This document shows positions 9,165 to 17,466 of a stretch of DNA of 32,000 bases, piece after piece (position 1 is the stretch's first letter; the number at the start of each line of letters is the position of its first letter). The position numbers and the translations under genes were made by a program. The notes beneath the pieces were generated by a model. It was not told the origin of the DNA. It made no database searches and worked only from the letters and a program-made list of their open reading frames with translations. Source of the stretch: Pyrodictium abyssi (GTDB lineage: Archaea; Thermoproteota; Thermoprotei_A; Sulfolobales; Pyrodictiaceae); contig NZ_AP028907.1 of NCBI RefSeq assembly GCF_036323395.1, forward strand, positions 1,710,001 through 1,742,000, read 5' to 3'.

Positions 9165-10846
9165 CCGCTCTTTCTGCGAGCCATGTAGCCTAGCGCTATG
9201 AGCACAGCCGCGACCACCGTGAACCCTGCTGTGAGCGCTGCCGGGCTCATCCCGGCTGGCGTGGTGCTAGTCCTTGTCTCCTCTGGAGCGGCTGTAGGCG
9301 TGCCCGCGGTCTCTTCCCCGGTTATCGTGGTAGCTGTGCTAGCAGCTGTGGTTGTTGTGGTGCTGGCTTCGTGGGCGCTCGTTGTCGTGTTCCCGGGTAC
9401 CCGTTCTGTGGGCGTCTCGGCGGCTGTCTCCGTGGCGGTGTGTGTCCCAGTCTGCGCCATAGCCGTGGTGTTTGCCACTGTTGTGGCCTGCATGGCTGTT
9501 GATGTGGCTTCCTGCTTCCGGGCCGTCTCGGCTTCTCCCAGCTTTACCTCTAGGAGCTGCTCTGTGGAGCTGAGCTTGGCGACGTAGATGGGCGCCCCGG
9601 CGCTGCCTGGCATCCTGGTCGCGTTGGGCGCTTGTAGCGGCAGCTGCGACTCTAGCGTTATGTCTGCCTGCTGGACCCCTAGTGGTGGGAGCTGGAGCAG
9701 CTCGGCTACTACCCTTAGCGCGGCCTCCGCTGATTCTTCGGGGCTGGCTCCAGGCTTGTAGAAGCCTACCCCCTCTACCCTGTAGTGGAGTGTATCGTTC
9801 TCCTGCACTAGCTCTAGCGAGGCGTCACCAGCAACCGTTACAGCTATCCCTTCCTCGACTAGGCGTGCGCCTATGAGCAGCTGCTCTGAGCCGCCCCCGG
9901 TGATGCCAGCGAGTGACGCCATGAAGCCGCCGAACAGGTTGTAGGCGAGTACCCTCTCGACGTTCTCCCGCGGGCCGCTCAGCTCTATCACGCCTTTAGC
10001 ATCCACACGCATACCACTAGTCATGTCTACTACCAGCTCTAGCCTCTGGCTACGGTCCAGCACGGAGCCAAGCTCATCTATGCTGCGGGCAGCGCTACGC
10101 AGCCTATCCACCTCGTCTGGCTTAAGTACACCAGCCCTAGCCAGGCCGGAGAGCAGCTGCTCCCTGTACGCCCTAGCGTCGAACACTGCCACAAAGGACC
10201 CGTCCACAGAGAGAACATTGCCAGCCACGTCAACGCTCGCAGAGAGTGCATCCACCCGGATCATCGGCAATCCCAGGCTCTGGAGCAGCGCCGTAGCAGC
10301 AATAGGGTTGAGGAAACGCTTCAGGCTCTCAGCAGCACGCTCCGCCTCGCTAGCATTACCAGCCTCATAAACTATGGACAGGTTGCCCGCTATACGGTAG
10401 TACCCGGTACCAGCCTGGCTGAATACACCGCTGACATTCAGAACAAGCCCAGGAGCATCGATGCTCGCAGCCAGCGTACCATTGCCCCCCTGCTCCTTGA
10501 CAAGCAGCGTCATGGCTAGGGGCATCTGCCCGACACCAGTCTCTGCTAGTAGCGTCGAATTCGTAGCCACTACGTAGCTAGCATTACCCTCGGACACGTT
10601 ACCCGTGATATTGACGGTATCCTCCATATATGCTAGCCTCATACCAGCCCCAGGCTCCGTGCTCATAAGCGTAGCAATACTCATGTTGACCCATACAACA
10701 CCATTACTATCGACCAGCATGGATATGGACGACGTGTTGCCCGCTAAGGCCGTGTCCGCAGCACGTGCCGCCGGAGCAGCTGCAGCTAGTGCAAGAAGCA
10801 CGGCAGCAGCGAGCATCATGAGACCAAGCCATGTGTAGTTATACAT
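9161..10846 (-). CDS. Secreted/membrane-anchored surface protein with Thr-rich stalk
   Basis: N-terminal signal peptide (WLGLMMLAAAVLLALAAAAPAARA). Many N-x-S/T sequons. Thr-rich C-terminal stalk (TTTSAHEASTTTTTAASTATT). C-terminal TM LTAGFTVVAAVLIALGYMA followed by RRK. Confidence 0.8.
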   Translation of the reverse strand: MYNYTWLGLMMLAAAVLLALAAAAPAARAADTALAGNTSSISMLVDSNGVVWVNMSIATLMSTEPGAGMRLAYMEDTVNITGNVSEGNASYVVATNSTLLAETGVGQMPLAMTLLVKEQGGNGTLAASIDAPGLVLNVSGVFSQAGTGYYRIAGNLSIVYEAGNASEAERAAESLKRFLNPIAATALLQSLGLPMIRVDALSASVDVAGNVLSVDGSFVAVFDARAYREQLLSGLARAGVLKPDEVDRLRSAARSIDELGSVLDRSQRLELVVDMTSGMRVDAKGVIELSGPRENVERVLAYNLFGGFMASLAGITGGGSEQLLIGARLVEEGIAVTVAGDASLELVQENDTLHYRVEGVGFYKPGASPEESAEAALRVVAELLQLPPLGVQQADITLESQLPLQAPNATRMPGSAGAPIYVAKLSSTEQLLEVKLGEAETARKQEATSTAMQATTVANTTAMAQTGTHTATETAAETPTERVPGNTTTSAHEASTTTTTAASTATTITGEETAGTPTAAPEETRTSTTPAGMSPAALTAGFTVVAAVLIALGYMARRKSG

Positions 10847-10890
10847 CCCTCACAGCACCAGGGTATAGCCCAGGACACACCCTCAAAATA

Positions 10891-10901
10891 ATATAAAAAC
10901 A
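10891..10901 (-). promoter_or_regulatory. Putative TATA box of the Thr-rich surface protein gene
   Basis: Minus-strand reading GTTTTTATATTATTTTG, about 45-55 nt upstream of the start at 10846. Confidence 0.55.
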
Positions 10902-11072
10902 TATCCTAAGGGATGCATCCAAGCGTCCACCCCCGCCCCAGCTACCCGGGACAACACAACCCCAGGAAGACTACGACCGAGCACACCCTGGACAGAAGCA
11001 AGGCAAGACCAGCGAGTGGGATGGGGTGAGGGAAAAAGGTGTGATTTGTGGTGTGGGTTTGGGCTATAGGTG

Positions 11073-11594
11073 TTAGCTGACGCTTAGTACCTGTATGTTG
11101 AATATTAGCGGTAGGCTGTCGAATAGCATGCCTTCCTTAGCCTCGTAGTAGGCCTTAGCCTCTATCTTTGCGTTGCCATTGTCATCAAAGTCCTCGTTGT
11201 CTAGTATTATGACTGCGCTAGGCTTGTCTATGCTTATCACGGCCTTTATTTCCTGGACATCGCCAGCTACGCTCTTTAGCACTATCTGTAGGTAGTCGAA
11301 GTAGGGCTTTAGCTGCTCAGCGTTGGCAAGGGTCACCTTGATCTTTACTACGTCTACCTGGTCCCGAGCAGTCACGTTGAAGTAGCCCATGTCCTTGCTG
11401 CCCTGTGCGCCAGCAGCAGGGTCTATGTTGGTGTCGAGCTTGCTCACTACGTCTATTGGCTCTTTTACTGCCTGGGCCTCGCCGGTGGCGTAGAAGCTGC
11501 TGAGGGGGCTCTGGGTTGTGGCGAAGCCGGCTAGCAGGGCGAGGGCGGCAGCCGAGGCGATGATGCCAGCCAGAGCCAGAGCCGTGGGCCTCAT
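11073..11594 (-). CDS. Cannula protein homologue (CanA/CanB/CanC family, Pyrodictium extracellular tubule subunit)
   Basis: MRPTALALAGIIASAAALALLAGFATTQSPLSSFYATGEAQAVKEPIDVVSKL...PAAGAQGSKDMGYF...DVVKIKVTLANAEQLKPYFDYLQI...KAVISIDKPSAVIILDNEDF...EAKEGMLFDSLPLIFNIQVLSV. This matches my recollection of Pyrodictium abyssi CanA in many blocks. Internal Met at 11594 is the likely start; the track ORF begins at 11681. Confidence 0.88.
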   Translation of the reverse strand: MRPTALALAGIIASAAALALLAGFATTQSPLSSFYATGEAQAVKEPIDVVSKLDTNIDPAAGAQGSKDMGYFNVTARDQVDVVKIKVTLANAEQLKPYFDYLQIVLKSVAGDVQEIKAVISIDKPSAVIILDNEDFDDNGNAKIEAKAYYEAKEGMLFDSLPLIFNIQVLSVS

Positions 11595-11710
11595 AGCCAA
11601 CACACCCTTCTCCTCTTCTCTACGGCCCCCAGCGGGGCCGTGTATACACTGCTGTGTGCTAGATAGAAAACTGGCTCGCATGAGGGTCTCTAGCTCCGAT
11701 GAAACATAAT

Positions 11711-11718
11711 GTATAAAA
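11711..11718 (-). promoter_or_regulatory. Putative TATA box of the cannula-like gene
   Basis: Minus strand reads CCTTTTATACATTATG. A TSS about 25 nt downstream would give a leader of roughly 95 nt to the start at 11594. Confidence 0.5.
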
Positions 11719-12129
11719 GGAGGTTGCCTAGCTGATGTTGATGAACTTGCGGCGTCTACGTGTCTATGTTTTATGCCCGGCCCTTAGCTTAGTCAGTTTC
11801 AGTTAGGGGTTGGGATTGGACAGGCTGAGTTTCTTGGCTCAGATGGCGGCGAGCCCCTATACTGTGCTGTGCTGGGCGGGCTGTGAGGAGTGAGCCCCGC
11901 GTATGCTCCCTTAGGCGGTCCCGCGGAGCCCCCCTTGCTGGGCTGTGAGGTGCTAGGGGTGGACCGAGCCTCTATACTAGACTTCCTGGGCGAGTATGGT
12001 GTGTAGCATTATTTGATTGGTGGTGTCTCGTCTGTTTGGGTGATGAGGCCTGCATCGGGGGACCCGGGGGCTATGGGCTGCCCGGGGAGGCCCGGTGTCT
12101 TCCCTGCGGCTGACGGTTATGGGGCGGCT

Positions 12130-12936
12130 CTAGGCTATGGTTATGCGCCGTGGTGTCGCGCCTCCAGTATCCATGGTTGTGTTCTCGACACTGGCTGGTC
12201 TGCTCTGCTGGCATACTGGTGGAGTACGTAGGTCTTCCTCCTGAGCATGTTGAGCATGTATATTGTTCTGGCTGTCAGTCTCTATCGCGTCTATCACCTC
12301 GTCTACAGCCTCGTGTACAGTGGATGGCGTGTATACTACCACCTTCATGCCTGCTGTAGTGTTTGCTACGAGTGCTAGGTCTTTTAGCTCAGCGATTGTT
12401 GAGGGTATTGCTACTACTGCTTTAGCTCCGCCCAGTATGACTGCGAGTGCCGACACGGCTAGGCGTAGGAGGACCGAGGAGCGTGTACCAGCCACGTTCA
12501 CTACCACTGTTGTCCCGTTACGTGTAGCTGCTATGTCTACTGGTAGTACTAGGCCTCCACCTAGGGGTATCTGGGCCGTCACTGTGTAGCCGCGCAGCCT
12601 AAGCGCCTCTGCTACTAGGTCGCGGAGCATTTTCACGTACTCTGGCTCATCCCTGTGAACCAGGTCTTTTACGACGTCGAGTACAGCCTGGATCATTTTT
12701 CCTTGAGGCGTTATTGCGTAGATGTAGTGGTCTCTGAACCGTCTCTTCTCCACGAGGCCGCGGGGGACGAGGAATCGTTCGACGTACTCTTCGAAGCTGC
12801 GTGAGTTTATCTCGGCGAGCCTCATTATGGCTGTCTTGGTGCTTGGACCGTGCTCGTCTAGGACGCGTAGGATTGACGCTACTATGCCTACGCGGTCGCG
12901 CCGGCTTGCTACGCTACCTTTGCGTACGTATTTCAT
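12130..12936 (-). CDS. Winged-helix DNA-binding protein with C-terminal alpha/beta (possibly degenerate restriction-endonuclease-like) domain
   Basis: N-terminal wHTH: VGIVASILRVLDEHGPSTKTAIMRLAEINSRSFEEYVERFLVPRGLVEKRRFRDHYIYAITPQGKMI. This is followed by GYTVTAQIPLGGGLVLPVDIAATRNGTTVVVNV. Likely start Met at 12936; the track ORF begins at 13044. Confidence 0.65.
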   Translation of the reverse strand: MKYVRKGSVASRRDRVGIVASILRVLDEHGPSTKTAIMRLAEINSRSFEEYVERFLVPRGLVEKRRFRDHYIYAITPQGKMIQAVLDVVKDLVHRDEPEYVKMLRDLVAEALRLRGYTVTAQIPLGGGLVLPVDIAATRNGTTVVVNVAGTRSSVLLRLAVSALAVILGGAKAVVAIPSTIAELKDLALVANTTAGMKVVVYTPSTVHEAVDEVIDAIETDSQNNIHAQHAQEEDLRTPPVCQQSRPASVENTTMDTGGATPRRITIA

Positions 12937-13261
12937 GGTGCTGTCTTCCCTCGCATCCTGGTCTATTTGCCCGGCTACAGCTCCCTGGGCGCCTTGGCCC
13001 GCATCGGGTGGATGTGGCAGCGAATACGATGAGTGCGGGAACACGATGATAGCGGATTGAGCTCATTTGGAATTCGGAAACGCCCGTTTACACCATGTCC
13101 TAGGTGGCTGGGGCGTTAGTGTCCTGGGAAAGATGTGGGTTCTGTAACATGCAATGTGGAATAACTTTTAATAACAAAATCCTACTAGCAGAAGCTTGTT
13201 GCAATATGTTGAACAGCTGTACGGTTAGACTACCTTTTCTACCGCGTGCATCCGTTAGGGG

Positions 13262-13270
13262 TATTTTAAA
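13262..13270 (+). promoter_or_regulatory. Putative TATA box upstream of the beta-lactamase-like hydrolase
   Basis: GGGTATTTTAAACACTGC about 75-80 nt upstream of the ATG at 13345. Confidence 0.45.
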
Positions 13271-13344
13271 CACTGCACGATGACGACGGCAGGGGAGATG
13301 TTTATTGACGCTGTGGAGGCGTGTAGCCGGGTACTGGGGCATCC

Positions 13345-14736
13345 ATGCCAGCAGGCATTGAGAGGCTTGCATCGGAGTACATTCAGGCGCGGATGTCCGC
13401 TACCCGCACCCCCGGGGTTAGTGTCTCGCTACAGCGGGATGGCGAGCCGCTTCTCCAGAGGGGCTATGGGTATCGCTGCCTTGAGAAGGGGCTGCCTGCC
13501 ACGGCTGAAACGGTCTACGGCATAGCGTCCATATCCAAGACTATAACCGCTGTCGCGGTTATGCAGCTCGTCGAGAAAGGACTGCTGAGCCTCGACGACC
13601 CAGCGGAGAAGTACCTACCCATAGAGCTGCGCGTCCGGAGCGAGCCGGTCCGCATCTGGCACCTGCTGAGCCACACGAGCGGTATACCGGCGCTCGGCTA
13701 CGCGGAGGCCCTAGTCACGGGCTACATGGGGCTCGGGGACGCCTGGCTCGCCTTCTCCGACCCCCGCGACGTGCTGGCATGGCTCGAAAGGGGTGCCCGT
13801 CACTGGGCCCTGGCCAGGCCTGGTGAGAGGTTCTTCTACCTCAACGAGGGCTACGTAGCGCTCGGCGTCATAGTGGAGCGGCTCTCTGGCCTACGCTTCG
13901 CCGAGTACGTGCGTAGGCACATAGCCGGGCCGCTCGGCATGAGGTCTACCACGTTCGACCACCAGGAGGCCTTCGCGTCGCCGCTGCTAGCCACGCCCTA
14001 CGACGCTTCGCAGCGCCCGCCTAGGCCGGCTAGGGTGCCCACGGGGATAGCTGCTGACGGCGGTGGCTGGAGCACCGTGGTGGACCTAGCGAGGCTCATG
14101 GCGGCGCTGGCTGGTAGCGGCAGGCTCGACGGCGTAGAGATACTCTCACGGAGCAGCGTGGAGGAGATGGAGCGGCCGCGTGCCGAGCTGCCAGCGCAGC
14201 TCTTCGGCGGCGACAGCTACGGGCTGGGCGTGCTCGTGTACCCTGGGTTCCCTGGCGGCAGGCTCGTTGGGCATAGTGGCTCCCTCATGGTCTACACCGG
14301 GTTTGCCGGCTACGTGAGGGAGAAAGGCGTCTCGGTGGCTGTCCTGGCTAACGCCGACCCCGGGGCGCCGCAGATAGCCATGAGCTTGGCCGCAGCCGCG
14401 GCTGGCGCCGACCCGTGGAGCCTACCGTTCAACGTGGCCGACCGCGTCCTGGGGCTCCTGGAGGGCGTCTACACCGGGTTCATGGGGACTGTCCGGGTGC
14501 GCGTGGAGAGGGTGGGTGATGCACTGCTACTGGAGAGCGTGGAGCCGCCGGGGCGGCGTGAGGTGCTCTTCCCGGAGCGGCTGGACCCTGTTGAGCCAGT
14601 GTTCCTTTCGGCCCGGGCGGGGAAGAGGCTACGCGTAGTGTTCCGTGTAGACGCTGAGAAGGGTGTCGTCGAGCTGCTCTACGACAGGTACCGGCTGGTC
14701 AAGGCCGTGGAGCCTGGGGGTGTCATAGCGGGTTGA
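13345..14736 (+). CDS. Serine beta-lactamase-like hydrolase (class C / penicillin-binding protein family)
   Basis: SxxK motif YGIASISKTITAVAVMQL, then LLSHTSGIPAL, Y-x-N FFYLNEGYVALG, and HSG motif GRLVGHSGSLMVYTGF. Confidence 0.88.
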   Translation: MPAGIERLASEYIQARMSATRTPGVSVSLQRDGEPLLQRGYGYRCLEKGLPATAETVYGIASISKTITAVAVMQLVEKGLLSLDDPAEKYLPIELRVRSEPVRIWHLLSHTSGIPALGYAEALVTGYMGLGDAWLAFSDPRDVLAWLERGARHWALARPGERFFYLNEGYVALGVIVERLSGLRFAEYVRRHIAGPLGMRSTTFDHQEAFASPLLATPYDASQRPPRPARVPTGIAADGGGWSTVVDLARLMAALAGSGRLDGVEILSRSSVEEMERPRAELPAQLFGGDSYGLGVLVYPGFPGGRLVGHSGSLMVYTGFAGYVREKGVSVAVLANADPGAPQIAMSLAAAAAGADPWSLPFNVADRVLGLLEGVYTGFMGTVRVRVERVGDALLLESVEPPGRREVLFPERLDPVEPVFLSARAGKRLRVVFRVDAEKGVVELLYDRYRLVKAVEPGGVIAG

Positions 14737-14981
14737 CGGGCCTAGCGGTCAATAGGAGGCGGCTGTGCCCGGTATGCGGCGAGCCCGGCCAGCTAGAGCT
14801 TAGGCTTGGCAGGCTCACTGTTTACGTGTGTAGCCGTGAGCACTTGGAGCTTGTCTCGAGGAATCCTGGGCGCTACGTGGGGGCGCTTCCGGGGCCTATA
14901 GGGTTCCTGGAGCAGCATGTCTGCCCTGATACGGAGTACGACGAGGACGAGGATATAACGGTGTACCGTGTCGGGTGTTAA
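14733..14981 (+). CDS. Small zinc-ribbon-like hypothetical protein
   Basis: Start overlaps the upstream stop. Cys/His pattern: LCPVCGEPG...VYVCSREHLELV...HVCPDTEYDEDEDITVYRVGC. Confidence 0.55.
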   Translation: MTGLAVNRRRLCPVCGEPGQLELRLGRLTVYVCSREHLELVSRNPGRYVGALPGPIGFLEQHVCPDTEYDEDEDITVYRVGC

Positions 14982-15074
14982 AGTCCCGGGGGGTCCTGGC
15001 AGGCCTGGATGCATACCGGGGCGCCGCCCGGGGGCCTACCTGGCTCAGAGGCACTAGATGGGCGGTGACGCTCG

Positions 15075-15803
15075 ATGCTGAGGGTAGAAGACCTGGCTGT
15101 CGAGATCGGTGGAAGGAGGATACTCCAGGGTGTTAGCCTGGAGGCTGGCCCCGGAGAGCTGCACGTGGTGATGGGGCCGAACGGGGCTGGCAAGTCTACG
15201 CTGCTAAACACGATTATGGGTCTACGCCGCTACCGGGTGGTGAGCGGCCGTGTACTCCTCCAGGGCGAGGACATAACGGGTAGGCCCGTCTACGAGAGGG
15301 CCCGTATGGGCGTGGCTCTCGCCCACCAGTTTCCCCCGGCCCTCAAGGGGCTGACGCTACGCGAGCTCGTGTCGGCTATGGAGAGGGTCTATGGCAGCGC
15401 TCGTGACGTCGAGTGGGCCGCCGAGATACTAGACGTGGAGAAGTTCATGGACCGGCCGCTCTTCGCGGGTATGAGCGGTGGTGAGCGTAAGCGCGTAGAG
15501 CTTTACCTTACCGTTCTCCAGAGACCGAGAGTAGCGCTGCTAGACGAGCCAGATAGCGGTGTCGATATCGAGACCCTGGAGCGCATAGAGGAGCTACTGG
15601 TGGGGCTCCGGGAGAGGGGTGTACTAGTGCTGCTGGTGAGCCACACCATGTACATGCTCGAGAAGCTGGCGGATAGGGGAGCCATAGACCGTGTCCACGT
15701 GATGGTTGCTGGCCGTCTCGTGGCCTCGGGCCCCCCGGGCGAGGTGTTCAGGGAGCTGAGGAGGGCCGGGTTCCAGGGCATAGCGAGGGCACACGCGGGG
15801 TGA
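15075..15803 (+). CDS. sufC: Fe-S cluster assembly ATPase SufC
   Basis: Walker A VVMGPNGAGKSTLLN, GMSGGERKRVELYLTVLQRPRVALLDEPDSGVDIETLE, and pairing with sufB. Confidence 0.93.
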   Translation: MLRVEDLAVEIGGRRILQGVSLEAGPGELHVVMGPNGAGKSTLLNTIMGLRRYRVVSGRVLLQGEDITGRPVYERARMGVALAHQFPPALKGLTLRELVSAMERVYGSARDVEWAAEILDVEKFMDRPLFAGMSGGERKRVELYLTVLQRPRVALLDEPDSGVDIETLERIEELLVGLRERGVLVLLVSHTMYMLEKLADRGAIDRVHVMVAGRLVASGPPGEVFRELRRAGFQGIARAHAG

Positions 15804-17014
15804 CAGCCGTGGCTGATGGCCTCAGGGAGAGGGCTCTACGGGCTCTCCGGCGCCCAGGGCGCTACGGCCCCGACGTGGACGTCGAGGAGTTCCTCTCCGC
15901 GGAGCGCGGCAGGGGCGACGGCGCCGAGGAGGCGCTCGAGAAGCTGGGGTTCGGCAGGGATGTGCTCCAGAGGGCCGGCTACGTGCAGGTTAACGAGGAG
16001 ATCGTCCGCAGCGTGATGCTCCGCAGGCTGGAGCGCCAGGGCGTAGTGGTTCTACCGCTCTACGAGGCTCTAGAGAAGCTCCCATGGGCCCGGGACTACT
16101 ACTGGCGCGCCGTCCCGGTGGACACGGACAGGTATACCGCTAGTGTCGAGGTGTATGGCAAGCGGCTGGGCTACTTCATCTACGTGCCGCCGGGGATCAG
16201 GGTCGAGCATCCTATCTACACGTGCCTGCTCATAACCGAGGAGCTGGAGGCCCAGCTGGTACACAACATAGTTGTGGTGGACGAGGGTGCTGAGGCTACG
16301 CTCGTGACGGGCTGCGGGGTCTCCCACCGGGTTAACAAGGCACTCCACATAGGCGTCTCCGAGTTCTACGTGAAGCGCGGCGCTGTGCTGAGGTTCGCTA
16401 TGATACACTCGTGGGGCCGCGGGGTGCACGTGAAGCCGCGTACGGGCGTCGTTGTGAAGGAGGGCGGGAGCTACATAAGCTACTACCTGGTCCACGGCCC
16501 GGTTGCTAGTGTGCAGAGCTACCCGAGGATAGAGCTGCACCGCGGCGCTAGGCTCTACAGCGCATCAATAATAGCTGGGGAGGGCAGCTCGGTCTACGAT
16601 GTTGGTACGCTCGCCCAGCTCCGCGGGCCCGGCGCCACTGCTGAGATAGTGTCGAGGGTTATGGCCCGTGACTCTGCCCGGGTATACGCGAGGGCCCGTA
16701 TCGAGGCCTATGCACCGGACACGCGGGGCCACATCGAGTGCCTCGGGCTCCCCCTATCCCCGAGAGCCGTGATAGAGTCTATACCGGAGCTCTCGAGCAA
16801 CGTAGAGGGCGCCGAGCTCACCCACGAGGCGGCCATCGGGAAGATAGCGGAGGAGGAGCTAGAATACCTAATGTCCCGCGGCTTCACCGAGGACGAGGCC
16901 CGCAGCCTACTCCTGCGGGGCTTCCTCCACATCGAGGTGCCGGGGCTGCCTCCGCAGGTGCGTAGCTTGATACGCTACGTGGAGCGCACCCTGGCCGAGA
17001 AGGCTACCGGCTAG
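15800..17014 (+). CDS. sufB: Fe-S cluster assembly scaffold SufB (SufB/SufD family)
   Basis: GTGA overlap with sufC. LGKRLGYFIYVPPGIRVEHPIYTCLLI, HNIVVVDEGAEATLVTGC, RHTRGHIECLGLPLSPRAVIESIPELSSNVEGAELTHEAAIGKIAEEELEYLMSRGFTEDEARSLLLRGFL. Confidence 0.92.
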   Translation: MTAVADGLRERALRALRRPGRYGPDVDVEEFLSAERGRGDGAEEALEKLGFGRDVLQRAGYVQVNEEIVRSVMLRRLERQGVVVLPLYEALEKLPWARDYYWRAVPVDTDRYTASVEVYGKRLGYFIYVPPGIRVEHPIYTCLLITEELEAQLVHNIVVVDEGAEATLVTGCGVSHRVNKALHIGVSEFYVKRGAVLRFAMIHSWGRGVHVKPRTGVVVKEGGSYISYYLVHGPVASVQSYPRIELHRGARLYSASIIAGEGSSVYDVGTLAQLRGPGATAEIVSRVMARDSARVYARARIEAYAPDTRGHIECLGLPLSPRAVIESIPELSSNVEGAELTHEAAIGKIAEEELEYLMSRGFTEDEARSLLLRGFLHIEVPGLPPQVRSLIRYVERTLAEKATG

Positions 17015-17424
17015 ACCTCCTCCCTAGGCTCCTCCTGTTTCTCCCAGCCCCTGCGGAGGCGGAGCATACCCCACTCGGTAGCAGCCTCGACCAGCCACCC
17101 TGCTAGCATGCCTGCTATCCTCTGGGCGGCCTCCGCCTCCCCGATGTCTACGCCGTAGTAGCGGCTGAGGGCGCGCCTCGCGGCAGCCGGGTCTACGCGG
17201 GGCAGGAAGCGGTCCCGGAGCCTCTCCAGGAGCTGGTCTAGCCGCCGCACACCCTCCCCGGCTATGAGGCGCTGCAGCTCCCTGAAGTCCTCGTTGCTGA
17301 GCACGCTCTCGCTGGCGCGCTCGCCTGCCTCCTGCCAGTAGAGGTAGAGAGGCTCATAGTCGCCCACGATCTCTCCTGTGGCGAACATGGGGCGTCTGCG
17401 CCTACTACTCTGCTCTTCTGCCAT
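17011..17424 (-). CDS. Hypothetical helical protein (137 aa)
   Basis: Open frame convergent with sufB (4-nt overlap of stops). Arg/Glu-rich helical composition. No recognised domain. Confidence 0.5.
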   Translation of the reverse strand: MAEEQSSRRRRPMFATGEIVGDYEPLYLYWQEAGERASESVLSNEDFRELQRLIAGEGVRRLDQLLERLRDRFLPRVDPAAARRALSRYYGVDIGEAEAAQRIAGMLAGWLVEAATEWGMLRLRRGWEKQEEPREEV

Positions 17425-17466
17425 GCGCCCTACTCCCTAGAGGTTAGGCGAGGCCGCGGAGCCTAG

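Noticed and set aside
11736-11830. Box C/D sRNA based on GTTGATGAAC with a distant CTGA
   Set aside because: The C-to-D box spacing is too long for typical archaeal C/D sRNAs and no D'/C' pair was found.
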